This document shows positions 55,101-59,944 of a stretch of 64,000 nucleotides of DNA, piece by piece. Origin of the DNA: an uncultured bacterium (GTDB taxonomy: Bacteria > UBA8481). The position numbers and the translations under genes were made by a program. The stretch spans positions 1 through 64,000 of the forward strand of contig CAZCME010000008.1 of the NCBI GenBank assembly GCA_964499705.1, read 5' to 3'. Numbering within the stretch: the stretch's first letter is position 1; each line of letters begins with the position of its first letter. The notes under the pieces are model-generated. The model did no database searches, was not told the DNA's origin, and saw only the letters and a list, made by a program, of their open reading frames with translations.

Positions 55101-58100
55101 CCGCGTCGCCGGTGTTGCCGTCGAAATCGTGATCGATGGGAGAACCGGGATCCATGATGAACTCGTTGATGACGACAAAGGTGTCCGCCACCGTGTCGGA
55201 CGGGGTCGTGAAGGTCGCGGTCGTCGACAAGGAGGCCGTCGGGCCGGAATCTCCGCGGGTCGTTCCCGCTTCATTCGCCGTGATCTGTCCCCGGAATGTC
55301 GAAAGACCCGCCGCCGTTCCGGAGACCTGGACCGTCACGACGAGCGGAATCGAAGTGCCGGTGAAGGGATACGAGATCGAGGTGTTCCGCCACGTGGCGG
55401 CGCCAACGAACGGAAGCGTCGCGATGAGCGTATCCGCCGAGGTGATGAGCGAGTCCGAAGAGTGATCATGCCAGAGCCGAACCGCGGTGATATCGGAGTT
55501 CCCTAGCGTTCCCAGATTAGTGACGCCGAAGCCGGTGATCGTGTCGTTGGCGAGAGTGACCCCGAGAGTCAGTCCCATCGCAACCTTGGTGTCGCCGAGC
55601 GCGATCGTCTCGCTCAATGTGTCTCCGCGCAGGACAACCGTGACCTGGTTGGCGGAGACGATCGTGAAGATCCCGCTGTTCGTGAAGCCGGAGACCGGCC
55701 CGCTGTCGCCGACGGAAGCATCGAACGAGAGCGCATTGATCTTGAACTGGAAGGTGTCGTTCAGCGTCGCGGTATCATATGTGTTGGCGATCACGAGGAA
55801 GTTCCGGCCTGCCGATCCTCCCGATCCGAGATACGCCGAAGTGACCGTAGAGAGATTGCTCGCCGACCAGAATGCTCCGCTCCGGGAAAGAGTCGCGACC
55901 CTCGAATCGGCGGTTGTCCATTGCGAGTCGTTGTCGTTGTCGCGCCAGAGTTGGAGATACGCATCGAGTTCATCGGCAAGACCGAGGTTCTCGCAGACGA
56001 AGTTGACGAGCGTATCGCCTGTCCCGGTCGTTTCGCCGCGGACGCGCACCCGCAAGAGAATCGCCGTGTCGGTCCCGCGCGGAGAGGATGTGTCTCCGAC
56101 GTGCGAGTTGATCGAGACGATGATCTTCGTATCCGGCGGCGGCGGCGGCTGGATGTTGACCGTGCAGTATCCGACGGTCGTGACGTTGTAACGGACGGAG
56201 ATCGTGCAGACACCGGAGGTGCCCGTGATCATGAAGGAATCCTGCCGAATGCCCGCGGTGAAGGTTCCCGTCGTCGTCGGGCTGATCGATCCGGCCGAGA
56301 CCGACAACGTCGCCCCCGTTCCAGCAAATGTCGAGCAAGTCTGGTTCCCGCGCGTCCGCATCGTCATCGTCAGCCCGAAGTTGAGGCCTTCCGGAGGCAG
56401 ATCGGAATCGGTTGTGACGAGGAATATCGTGTTGGGCGAATACGTGTCGAAGGTCGATGGATCGTCGTTGATTCCGGGTGAATTCGTCGTTCGAAACCAA
56501 TCCGACGAACCGTCCGGGAGGCGCTGGGATGATGAAAACGCGAAGCCGCCTCCGACAGGCGTGAACGAAGTCTCCGTGTTCGCCGCATTGCAGAGCCGGA
56601 ACGAGTCGGCGTTATTGTTGATTCCCGGGAACGTGCCCGTATATCGTCCGGAGTCCAGGACCACGGCGCCTGCGGAGTCCATCCGCCTCCACTGCGGCTC
56701 CGTCGCGGGGGTGTCAGGGTAGATGATGAGGAATTGCCGCGCGCCCATAACAAGGCCGGCCGGCAGAGTAATGTCGACCGCACCGGAGGAATTATCCGAG
56801 ACATCCCAGTTGCCGATATCCACGCTGCCGTCGGAATTGTTGTACAGCTCGATATATTCCTCGTCCGCTCCGCCCGTCGCGCCGTCGTTATCGTGATTAG
56901 GCGGAGCCGTTGTGTTCGGAGAGCTGTAGAACTCGTTCACGACGATGGCGGTATCCGGCGAAGTATCGGACGGGACCGTGAATAGCGCGGACGTCACGCG
57001 ATCGGTCGTTGGCCCGGTGTCCGCGGTGACGGCATCGGCGCTGTTGGCGAGTATCCGCCCCTGGAACGTCCGGCCGCCGGTCGCGCCGCCGGAGACCGAG
57101 ATGGAGAGAATGAGCGGGACCGTCGTTCCACCGAAGCTGTATGCGCAGGTGTCGGCGCGCCAGACTGCGCCGCTGACGTTGCGCATGTATCCGATGAGCG
57201 TATCGGTCGGCGAGGCGTCGATCGCGGAATCGGAATTGCCGTCGTGATAGATGCGGATCTCCGAAATGTCGGAGCTCGTCATCGTCCCATCGTTCGAGAC
57301 TCCGAAGACCTGGAGGACGTCATTGGGAGTCACGACGGAGAACGTCGCCGTCATGACAGGCTGGTTCGATGTCCCCTTCGCGACGTTCGCGGATGTGTAG
57401 TCGCCCCGCAGCGTGACATCGACCGGGTTGACGGAGACGACCGTGACTTTTCCGGTATTGGCCACGGACGCAGTCGGGCCGGAATCGCGACGCGGCGAGC
57501 TGCACGTCCGGGCGTCGACTTGCGCCTGGAAGGTGTCACCCAGCGTCGCGGTGTCGAAGATGTCCAGGGTGACGAGGAATGTCTTGCCAGTGGAGCCCAG
57601 CCGGACCTTGATGTTCGACGCGGCGAAGGTCGTCTCGAAGCGGCCGGTCGCCGGTGAGTAGACGAGCTGCGATACCATCGTGTCCGCGGCGCTTATCCTG
57701 GAATCGGCATCTTCATCACGCCAGAGCCGGACGGTGAGATCGAGGGAATCCGCGAGGCCGAGATTCTTGACCGCGAACTTCGCCAGAGTGTCCTGGAGCG
57801 CGCCCGTCTCGCCCTGGATCCAGACATTCAAGGCAATGATGCTCATTGCGCCGCGCGATCCGTTCGTGTCGGCGACATCGGAGTTCTTCACGACCTGCAG
57901 GCGGGTATCCACGGCGGAAGCGAGCTGAATCGGGCCGTATGTGTCGATCCCGGCCTCGTTGCCGTGGGTATCAACGGAGACGATCGCGAAGTAATAGTTC
58001 ACGCCTGCCTTGAGGCTGTCGCCGACGTTATAGCTCCTGACCGCTCCGGACGTCGACGTCTTCCCCTTCACCTGGATCTCCGGCCACATCCAGGGATCCT

Positions 58101-59637
58101 CGTCGTCCGAGCCGTCCGCGTCGTCGTCGTTGGCGGTGGCGGATCCCTCCGTTGTGCCCGAGGAGAAATTGTCGGCGTTATTCTTCGGATCTTCGTCGAT
58201 GTTGCCGTCAACATCATCGTCCACGCCATTGCCGATCGCTTTCGTGTCGATGACGACCGTGTCGATAAAGATGAAATAGCGCGTTACGTCAGCCGTTGCA
58301 TCCGCCGTCCAGGAGGGATAAAAGGCCGTGTCCGTCGCAGCAACGGTGAAACCCGTGACGCCGGCCGGTTTCGTCGTCTCGAACGTGTTCGTGCCGACCC
58401 CGTCCGCCGTCGTGACGAAGTTCGCGAGAATGTATCGGTAGTAAGCGAGATATTTCCTCGCCAGGCGGAAATCATGGACCACAACCTTATTCTCGTCGCT
58501 TCCGGTCGACGATCCCGTTGCGCCGAAAGTGTAGTTCGCCGATCCCGTGATGATCTTTTCCTGGTCGATCACCATGTATTTGGCATGGTAAGGAGAAGCG
58601 TAAGCCGCGCCGCCGTCGCGCGACTCGTGATCAGCCTGGAGGCGCGTGGCCATTGCTCCGGCCGGCGAATTGTCGAGGGACTCCCAGGAACCTTCCACAA
58701 GCTTCGACGGTGTCAGCTGCTTGAAGTGATACTCCAGGTTGGAGCTGTCGAACTCGTCCGAGAGCGTGAAACCCGCGAACTGGTAGAAGACCGACTGCTT
58801 CGCTCTCGCGACATGGTTGAGGATGACGCCGTGAATCGTCGGCTCCGCGGGATGAGTCGCGATCGGGCAGGTGCCGTCGTCGCCCAGACCGTCGCCGTCG
58901 CCCGTCGCGATATTGTTCGCGTCGTCGGGATTGAAGTAGACTTCGACCGTGTCGCCGTTCGGCGAATAGAAGAGATAGTTCCCGCCGCTCGCGGTGTTGT
59001 CGTGGAAGTTGGCGCCCTTGACGAACTCATACATCTGTTCTTCAAAGCGCGTAGTAACGCTGGGGACGCGAAGCTGGAGGAAATCGTTCGGTTGAGCTGA
59101 CATCGCGCTGGCGGTGTAATTGCCGGAGCCCGTGATCATGTATTTTCCAGGGATGACGATCAGCTTGTTGTGGGACTCATCAATATCGACCGGATTTTCT
59201 TTCACCGTGATGAAGTTGGCGTCGGCCGAAGTATCAAACGACTTGGTGCCTTCGTCGACATCCATCAGGAAGTAAACATTCGGATTTCCGCCGCCTTTCA
59301 GCGCGGCGACGCCATTCATACCGACGCCATTGGCGCCGGAGAGACCGCTGATGATGTCCTGGCCTGCGGCATCATAGGTATACGACGAGACGTAAACCGT
59401 ATCTGTAATGGCGGCGTTATTGACCGCGAACGCCATCCACCGTTCGATCTCGGAGGGATTTTCCGAGACGTCGTCGCCCTTCGAAAAGTGCACCCACCAC
59501 CAGGGAGCCGCGGAAACGGATGGCGCAATGAGAGAGAGGAGAATCAGGACGACGGGAAACGCGACGCGTGAAAATCGGGCCGCACGCGCGCGAAAGGGTT
59601 CATACGGAATTTGATCCCCCGCATCCCTGCTCTTCAT
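31174..59637 (-). CDS. Giant secreted protein, 9487 aa: PLD-like domain, ~7 lamin-tail-like domains, 3 beta-helix modules, long FN3/Ig-like repeat array, T9SS/FlgD-like C-terminus
   Basis: One 28.5-kb open frame; signal peptide before PWWW; SHNKLIV..TGSGNYT and YHAKYMVID..TGSANYT..DEN; LTD-like VVNEF..EYIELYN..VDI.NW; three GPNxWYVNDTS modules followed by N..G.GF beta-helix repeats; dozens of DTY(Y/F)WRV repeats; same C-terminus as the 2281-aa paralogue. Confidence 0.9.
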   Translation of the reverse strand: MKSRDAGDQIPYEPFRARAARFSRVAFPVVLILLSLIAPSVSAAPWWWVHFSKGDDVSENPSEIERWMAFAVNNAAITDTVYVSSYTYDAAGQDIISGLSGANGVGMNGVAALKGGGNPNVYFLMDVDEGTKSFDTSADANFITVKENPVDIDESHNKLIVIPGKYMITGSGNYTASAMSAQPNDFLQLRVPSVTTRFEEQMYEFVKGANFHDNTASGGNYLFYSPNGDTVEVYFNPDDANNIATGDGDGLGDDGTCPIATHPAEPTIHGVILNHVARAKQSVFYQFAGFTLSDEFDSSNLEYHFKQLTPSKLVEGSWESLDNSPAGAMATRLQADHESRDGGAAYASPYHAKYMVIDQEKIITGSANYTFGATGSSTGSDENKVVVHDFRLARKYLAYYRYILANFVTTADGVGTNTFETTKPAGVTGFTVAATDTAFYPSWTADATADVTRYFIFIDTVVIDTKAIGNGVDDDVDGNIDEDPKNNADNFSSGTTEGSATANDDDADGSDDEDPWMWPEIQVKGKTSTSGAVRSYNVGDSLKAGVNYYFAIVSVDTHGNEAGIDTYGPIQLASAVDTRLQVVKNSDVADTNGSRGAMSIIALNVWIQGETGALQDTLAKFAVKNLGLADSLDLTVRLWRDEDADSRISAADTMVSQLVYSPATGRFETTFAASNIKVRLGSTGKTFLVTLDIFDTATLGDTFQAQVDARTCSSPRRDSGPTASVANTGKVTVVSVNPVDVTLRGDYTSANVAKGTSNQPVMTATFSVVTPNDVLQVFGVSNDGTMTSSDISEIRIYHDGNSDSAIDASPTDTLIGYMRNVSGAVWRADTCAYSFGGTTVPLILSISVSGGATGGRTFQGRILANSADAVTADTGPTTDRVTSALFTVPSDTSPDTAIVVNEFYSSPNTTAPPNHDNDGATGGADEEYIELYNNSDGSVDIGNWDVSDNSSGAVDITLPAGLVMGARQFLIIYPDTPATEPQWRRMDSAGAVVLDSGRYTGTFPGINNNADSFRLCNAANTETSFTPVGGGFAFSSSQRLPDGSSDWFRTTNSPGINDDPSTFDTYSPNTIFLVTTDSDLPPEGLNFGLTMTMRTRGNQTCSTFAGTGATLSVSAGSISPTTTGTFTAGIRQDSFMITGTSGVCTISVRYNVTTVGYCTVNIQPPPPPDTKIIVSINSHVGDTSSPRGTDTAILLRVRVRGETTGTGDTLVNFVCENLGLADELDAYLQLWRDNDNDSQWTTADSRVATLSRSGAFWSASNLSTVTSAYLGSGGSAGRNFLVIANTYDTATLNDTFQFKINALSFDASVGDSGPVSGFTNSGIFTIVSANQVTVVLRGDTLSETIALGDTKVAMGLTLGVTLANDTITGFGVTNLGTLGNSDITAVRLWHDHSSDSLITSADTLIATLPFVGAATWRNTSISYPFTGTSIPLVVTVQVSGTAAGLSTFRGQITANEAGTTRGDSGPTASLSTTATFTTPSDTVADTFVVINEFIMDPGSPIDHDFDGNTGDADEEYVELFNSGSGTVDVSGWKIDDDQYVGDEISLNGTIFLGPKQFLIVYAATDSQGRSWYRYASDGITLMDSGTYTGTYDQMNNAVGDSIRLSTAGNVFVDSFAYTDLSVNKAHARQIDGRGGVGALTAVMNPTPGKNQDPTAQYNKPSPNAHCTVAVSALHVINGESFNITVAVLDANESTIASFTDTVIFSPSNGTISPASSGAFVSGVRNDSIFFDNISASESIVITCVYQSTTTGTTTIGVVVTPYDTKTRIFLNSDVADTDSPRGIDSAIVLRFQIRGDTNGTGDTLLNFNARNLGSADDLDFFVELWRDNNADSLVSLADSKVALLTRSGSIWSASNLSSLGASYLGSGGTAGRSFLLVVNTYDTATIGDTIKFQIDPFTVDAVSFETGPSDTRTNTGALNIASANQITVTKRGDTPSATIPKNDTKVVMTLSLGVTIANDTLTAFAITNLGTAGSGDVLALRLYHDAGADSVLDATDTFIGNIPYSSGSIWRETGLSYLFTGTSIPVLVVLQTAPSAIDSVTFQGQVPANEVRMQNADTGPLAAVAATSVFTVIADPASDTHVVLTLVSPGATNLTSEFLVLYNPTVSTVDLSTYYISDDETRYYRIPNGDTAGVGGGDFIAQFPAGASVASGDSVVVVLNSTTFHSEFPGVAVDFELSQDGIADGVPDLLLKGGAATASLTNAGEPLILFRWDGFNDLVKDVDILVWGTGIGPNKTNVQIDGPDGGAVASMYNPDDSTMSRPASPASRQLLRRIAFNQGDTNFERVGGGNGISGHDETSESCATSWAATTDSDPWHTMLVAWKLGDYGAAIAEASETGIEALVFRLRGAQNRLDTLTQLTVRSLGLADTANIDTVSLWQDANMDSLVNAGDTFVGNFVATGSRQWTFTGAVLLPVANADSFIIAFKVGDTVQNGETVQMQIDSGAIVSSLSDSGSFAPIGNNFSVTLIAGVLKVTKLAEAATATMRPGDTGVTVLSVRITGAGADTLQTFAVDNLGNLDDTDVDLFMWRDIDGSFTYSAGDVLVSAMPFNATTGRWETTAAAITLVSGGDTFVFTVSVALNASPEGDTFQASVIANASDAVTAETGPALAVTNTNVQTFAQPAGIANHVVIAAAYPDAITSDAAGEWIMLYNPTETAVNIQNWKLRDIGANNTSGVFIDTTIPARGWYLVGDLAFVKDNAAWPDPDTTCDIGFNNTDDGISLVDSTGAIIDRFGYGVIANITPDYEATAATNPTGSAGNIYVRRPHPISIREDLLNTTSSSGRDVKGGAGYDAYDNASDFIMLGAGDTALWSLRSRSSAVETAAQKISGAYLYTTVASATRVHGESNFTASVIHVRAETTATATLQHFRIEPSDTVSDTNFISIKVYEDQNGNAAYDAGDLFVSTLAPVSGGWETSGIAHIFNGLAGDTFLIVLHLADTVTTGETLQFRYPVNGIRVSPNESGPAVLLMPNSVITLSNASPLLIAKNANITSETVVPTADSKTVIAFRIAGLATGDTLTKFTIDNLSLLDTGDIVSVQLHRDANGDSKWDAADTLVAVLPAIAPTRWQITTLSHFIGAGADFVVTIDLGNAGNLESFVASIPVNLSNAVNSDTGPANAVTEPGRITVSTALNVRIILTEVSVSSGADWAEAWVLDDGNSGAGSNIAGWQITEYPLGSGSDQKILGDTDNNGTVDAVVMARTGDRIVFNDAAATDELDSGGDGIINAYDTGLVFTSTEDEIILYDGVNTPRDAVVWSDYDGSFANSSQADMLAVIQLGMWASSAAPQDTTEANAVTPRTPGGFATNYSIQRGGVQDRDTYLDWGEAAQTPGTANSIESPAVAAPRLPGPTLVDNPDDLGGALRLTWPPDQSNVDFKEYRVYLETSPASNLLDSFVQPDTIITDSSTGSVTISGLNNTESYFAVVTIVDSWGLEYRFGLNQAGPTQPVNNITGLPRIIINEVWTQAGAGDSDYIEFYVADDGNPTGRINLAGWKILWHSTGSKTLGNTYVGTGEYIVLTFDSTAVDEGDSGGNGVTELRSTNAGIAATAGYVLIRTPSDSLVDFMAFAERTSSLSATFQSNMRTAIDSGEWRGETVPMSCISPAPMNGFAATDLFARDQNSSDTFHSRDNWSVTGTKSKGAVNAGVEHPITVPDTRHVRIFRDLPNDLGGTIELVYDTITTLADFVRYNIYLDTRPIGARIDTSTLVADSTVTDSSIGKVTFSNLVNGDSYWVVVTVTDSWGHEQRNPVYETGPVAAFQNITSPNILFSEAKFSGSGTEFIELRVIDDGNAGGQLDMTGFRLTADDTVSADILTFPSTTVTDSDYVVLWNIAGTTEVDSGGDGVVNIYNLGFGFVESDENLFLIHPTADTILDFVSWSNRDGASTALEVTHMAYAISRGAWASNGAVQSNARNPLDIGLAIDFHDSHSIVRASNFADNNGDTDWAVDSTPTPGAGSDIPEAPFSAPGACTGVDAVDVPGDLGGAITLSWSPSIASDLRQYHIYRETSALTGTIYGTSIFPRDTAARTDTTKTISGLIAGETWWFMVVAVDSFGNELKTGHMVDSQAGNSNIDTRGPNIWYVNDTSTVGDSYTAAVGSSSNNGLLITSPKRYLNDIEPLLTEGDTIIMDSGFYYEPDTFLIDTNTIWIVGADSLGVTIDFGDTTTASNRMIWVRNRSGVTMRKFTVRRADVGLRLDNGDSALIEQVRSENNGAQGLLLDNTTEYITVRNGHFRNNSLEGIWIFTGASDTFVGNVFEGNGNSGLNVMNGGHVIDGNFSRTNNQHGFFFQGGATQNTITNNTATGNTIEGFSIAMTVSTFQGNVSEGNSGTGYHLQTNADGNTFRSNVARNNLQHGFLVEDSLDNYFSGNTSDSNNGWAVYFGGASARDTWYKNNLNGSPTRPDSVLFQNTFNRFDFSRNWWSTTDTTAIKRKISSIGRDSIVYTPFRLGTAETSVIGDTVAPLDPDTVAALGIDSTHIRVTWSTVTVDEEADSYPLILGGYAVYRSPIADTSVWILRGRVGAAATTYDDSGLAQLSTWYYRVTAFDAAVVENQSFFSDSIVSGLVPLDTTGPNIWYVNDTSTTGDSFTSAIGASANNGFLPSAPKRFLNDVEPFLTAGDTILVDSGRFIEPDTVTIGAMSVWIFGVDSNATIIDFADSTASSFRALHCTTSTVVRDLQVRNAYNGLYLRNADSALVTRVRARTGNIGFNLEGGAELGVYSNCHAESNGQYGFYLGDADRNTLTSIRSESNASIGILLTADADSNQISAAVSHRNVSDGFQIAGGSDSNSLTSCTASSNIGAGFVVNSGRDNTVRSGTSIGNNAQSFYLASNTNFLIGNTATGGTSGFTLPFVSGCVLEGNTASGSSGFGYELSGSSGNRLDSNVANNHVDDGFFLTNQSQGCTLTFNVSFANGDVGFLLFDNSSGNVLQNNRAESNTNDGILIQNGASGGSNSNLLERNVSRSQRAGAGFKLLGSGFTILRANEADSNGQTGFVINSQCTATVFEKNNMVTKPGDTACLIVDTPNMRITRSWFGTTDTVALLNRVSGAGVATLVHTPFRFGLVDTSAGADTVAPRAPDTVVAAANDSTSIRISWGAVTLDEESDPFAVGLNGYRIFRARSIDTTQWVAVGTTGAGVTEYLDQGLLSDTTYYYRLAAFDAATYENQSYLSDSIANALTPPVDTTGPNVWYVNDTSTTGDSFTSAVGYDTNDGLSKARPKRTINSVEAYLTAGDTVFMDAGTYFEPDSVVINANGVFLIGVDSNVTIINFNDSGVGNAKSVYASGRTSLTFRNFAVARGYRAIYWFNVDTSRLEGIRAETTGFRGIQLDGGSDSAFISWCRASNNFFGFNMTDAQFGTITNNLASGNTSSGFFFETPSGNQTVSDNLSSGNGGSGFDFNNPDGHKVARNTASGNGSGGFSATSLNNSVLNQNIAANNSGRGFVLTSASTDNQIIANQAIGNGGDGLECSSSSHRNILMGNLLQANSGSGILIDGSSNCVIAANTFDSNAAYAVRLINSSVTDTFAKNNFMASAINPDSMVLNTSGNRFDFTRNYWNSVDTIDLKSKIAGQDRDSIVYTPFRLGVVDTTVGNDTVAPRAPDTVVAVPIDSTAIRITWGATTVDEENDPFAVSLAGYRVHRSPTADTSVWIQIAAVGNATTAYVDSTYQPGTQWFYRVTAFDGSAIENQSFYSDSIAGATTFETVPPNAFTLIAPSAGFETSSRLLAFRWSAATDSNPTVTYQLIVDTDMAGSFIVDTTVTDTEELASLPANDTYLWRVVARDTFGNARTVGDSFFVVDTTAPGAASLSAPADLHETRFVTVTFAWTAGADSPSGVGDYRLQFDTAGNFSQPFVDSSAGLVLSASRTLPANDTFFWRVLTVDGAGNTSPSASRRITIDTTIPAAFSLSLPADASETKLQNIFFSWTASADTQSGFSGYRIQVDTQNAFTLPVIDSSTGVATTATVTLAANDTYYWRVVAYDDAGNTNAVASRILYTDTVAPPVPVAVYPVAVAESNAALVGFLWTAVVDTGTGLNGYHIQIDTTGTFAGPFAVDSDVATNDTAIALASSAYFWRVLARDDAKNTTIYTTPIAFIVDRNAPVIVSVSIVCTAPTYFTDSTGIDTTIVMDTVVFNNTSFGAGQFDTVTIVATGADSIIFPQNFGEGTQADNLAPYNFVYVIDAGLLDTVMTIIARDTAGNEDSVVIHWKRDADVPPLVGLVSPGDSQTIGDTTPTLFWNVSGDTGSATKGYVIQIATNPDFVTVAESSFVVTGASYTSLGLADSWWYWRVIPYDSVSNVDSAGAASRVFRIDSGVPTITGLAVTSSVPTHFYPDSPLIPGLTQDTIYFNPTGIGANQTETITVFVSDINESQAVGSTAFVTVQGTDAGANKDSYFLIYRIPQDSGPATITIVTTDIFGFADTALLRFEADTYPPVAVALSGPANAYETSALSVTFTWAGTNDTLSGVSGYRIQIDTNSAFPAPFIDSATGAAVTATRSLPANDTYFWRVIAVDNVANTVASGFRSVFVDTTPPVAASLTAPANNHETSRLSIAFSWSSASDSLSGLFEHRLQIDTSGAFLSLLVDSSTGLTTTGTRTLAAGDTYFWRVVAVDDVGNTVASSPNTLFIDTVPPVAATLGLPADSSETSVTSILFTWTAASDAFSGLFEHRIQIDTAGTFAAPFIDSSTGMATTAIRSLAGSDTYFWRILAVDDARNTTATAARTIYVDTTPPVAATLAVPADNSETSVTTIAFTWASATDAFTGLFEHRLQIDTSPTFASPIIDSSTSFFTSGVRSLAANDTYYWRVVAIDDARNTTATAARTLYIDTVPPAAATLSTPADNSETSVTTVTFTWTAASDAFTGLFEHRLQIDTNPAFAAPFVDSSTGVATSASRALAGSDTYYWRIVAVDDARNTTATAARTIYVDTTPPVAATLTAPADPLETSAVSITFTWATATDAFTGLFEHRIQVDTNPAFPAPFIDSTTGVAVTATRTLAVNDTYYWRIVAVDDARNTTVSSSRRIVIDTTVPIAGALVAPADNHDTSNTSITFSWNASTDTGTGVAYYRLQIDTANAFTLLVADSTTPLTAGTRALNPNDTYYWRVVTVDDAGNTVATTSRLVRVDTTGPVAGALTSPQAGFDTSSRTLSFAWTAATDAGTGISSYRLQVDTSNAFVSLVADSSTGLLLAGTLTLAVNDTYFWRVLVTDSVGNSTPYVSQRIRVDTGLPGAARLTLKNGDTNTTLVTLAWTAAADSLVGVLYYNVQIDTAGTFASLLESGTTLANDTDYLASVSNVDTYYWRVLTYDSAGNSRVSSPVVDSFRMVITDTTPPTAFSLSSPADLHETKATTILLRWTDSLDSSPPVRYHVQVDTSGAFTANVIDTTNLLDTVLSATFPPNDTYFWRVIATDNAGNTTAVAPRRVIVDTAGPTGLALLTPADPHDTNVTTFTFTWTAAADAGSGVNRYQLQVDTAAVFGGGIFADSATTLTSGTLTLPANDTMYWRVVAVDDAGNTTAVTARMLRIDTAVPTAGALSTPGAGADTNLLAVTFRWTAATDAVSGIARYRLQIDTTSSFATPFIDSTTTILNGVRTLAPNDTYFWRVVAVDNAGNTTAYSSTRLRVDTVTPIVATLTAPAAGFDTSSQTIAFSWASASDTISGLLYYRLQIDTSGTFASLLVDSTTPLTTGSRTLAVNDTYYWRVVAVDSATNTAPYASRIVRIDTAPPAQVSLIRKNGDTFTTLVTLSWVTGVDTISGISFYIVQIDTAGTFATLKESVQIPAGDTDHISSQTAIDTYYWRVLAYDSAGNFSVSSGVPDSFRLIVTDTTPPAAFSLTDPPDMHETRATSVILRWTNSLDSSIPIRYRVQIDIGGTFAAPYFDTTGLLDTFVTGIFTANDTSTWRVIATDNAGNTTVVAASRRVVCDTTGPNAFVLTAPASPHDTTAVTIAFAWTASSDTGTGFASYRLQIDSAVTFAVPLVDSSTTMTTGTRTLNANDTYYWRVIATDDVGNTTVVGLNTLRIDTVPPTSAPLAAPASGHDTSNTAIAFTWNAFSDTGSGVVLYRLQIDTSSTFATPFIDSTTPLTTASRTLALNDTYYWRVVGVDNAGNTTAVASRIFRVDTAAPVAGSLASPAANFDTSSTTIAFSWTAASDTITGVLFYRLQIDTSGTFAAPLVDSTTTLTSGSRTLTPNDTYYWRVVAVDSATNTSPYTARILRIDTVPPAQVTLIRKNGFQETTLATLRWVATTDTLSGLAFHIVQIDTAGTFATLKESVQIAAGDTDHISSQTAMDTYFWRVLAYDSAGNFSISSGTADSFVILIFDTTPPSAFSLTDPADLHETRATSVILRWTNALDSSIPVRYRVQIDIGGTFAAPYFDTTQLLESFVVGIFRANDTSTWRVIATDNAGNTTIVAASRRVVCDTTGPNAFALTAPASPHDTRITAISFAWSASSDTGTGLAGYRLQIDTANTFASLLVDSATTVTSGARTLPPNDTYYWRVIAVDDVGNTTAVAGNTLRVDTVPPQAGALSAPGNPHDTTATAITFSWTAATDTLSGGVTYRLQIDTANTFLAPSVDSATPLTTGTRTLAANDSYYWRVIATDNAGNTVAYSAFLIRIDTTGPTSPSSTVPVDLHDTTNTTLTFTWSASSDTGSGNVTYRLQIDTSNTFLAPLVDSATPLTSVQRTTPANDTYFWRVIAVDNTGNTTVNASRRFRIDTAPPTQVILAKFNGDSTPPPVTLRWSLATDSVTSVRSYVVQIDTSGAFVALLESVTTTHPDTDNLSALVQTDTYFWRVLAIDTLGNTSISATDSFYLRKTDTVPPSAFTLTSPANFSNTSAVSITFRWGNSLDDTSPPVRYNLQVDTIGAFTSNIVDTSWLADTFVTITLRANDTYYWRVIARDNALNTTVSTTTFRFAIDTSSPAAPILTKKNGATVTSPVYLAWKLSSDSIAGVATYNVQVDNAAGFTLPLTDSASTAHPDTDYFTAVLAPDTYYWRVYAFDALGNVALSSTDSFVIKTPDTVAPVILSASASPSLVSNTGTTTVTFTVYTLDSSYVDTVVIHLSTIGKSDSTGFTPNAAVPSQDSKWTLSVVFDTIVVGDTYDLVINSRDASGNFSTTTVRVIVQDTSAPLAVVLDTPLKDLRAGGNELSIISTYGDSFTSVRYEFRSVNPPSGWMICTAAQGLSNPDTQSPFWGFFWDISGLVTGRQYDVRAVGTDIFGVTDPSPSFVRVTIDQVDSVIHEYREAATSNHIRRQLVSDDTTAQLMIADGTILTVPAGAISDTVWIRITEYDTAPSTVVMGTSFTTAGNGFFREFIREDGGRTFLTNVTITLPYSDTDFQNDRVGVTSFNEADLAIYHYDEYLKVWIKENSSVVDPVRNNVTATVNHFTIFAVLVGAPAAANISGVVVYPNPFVPYDNIDRNGKPYNAADPTSGIIFDSLPAQVSVEIFDAAGRLVATFSKASNDARYAWDARTDDGRELASGMYVAVIKSSTGERAIRKIMIVR

Positions 59638-59944
59638 CTAGTCCATTCTTCCCGATTGAATTTCATGCAGCGGCCTCGCACGATCGCGAAACGACACATC
59701 GTGGAGCGGGATAGTATATAAGATGAAGCGGCTTCATCGAACATGATATTTGTTCAATTCTGCCCAATTTCTTCATCCTATGAGGTCTCAATGTACGCAA
59801 TTTCCCACATAAGATTTATGCGATTGTCATGCCGCCGCTAAATCGTTGATATCACATGATTTCGCGTACCTATACCTTGCGGAGCGTCAGCAATTTTGCG
59901 CAATTTCTTGCAGGTTGTTGCATTCCGTTGCTTTTGGTCCTGTT

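Noticed and set aside
59638-59944. AT-rich gap upstream of the giant gene as a riboswitch or ncRNA
   Set aside because: Probably holds the promoter, but I could not identify a convincing conserved structure or consensus element.
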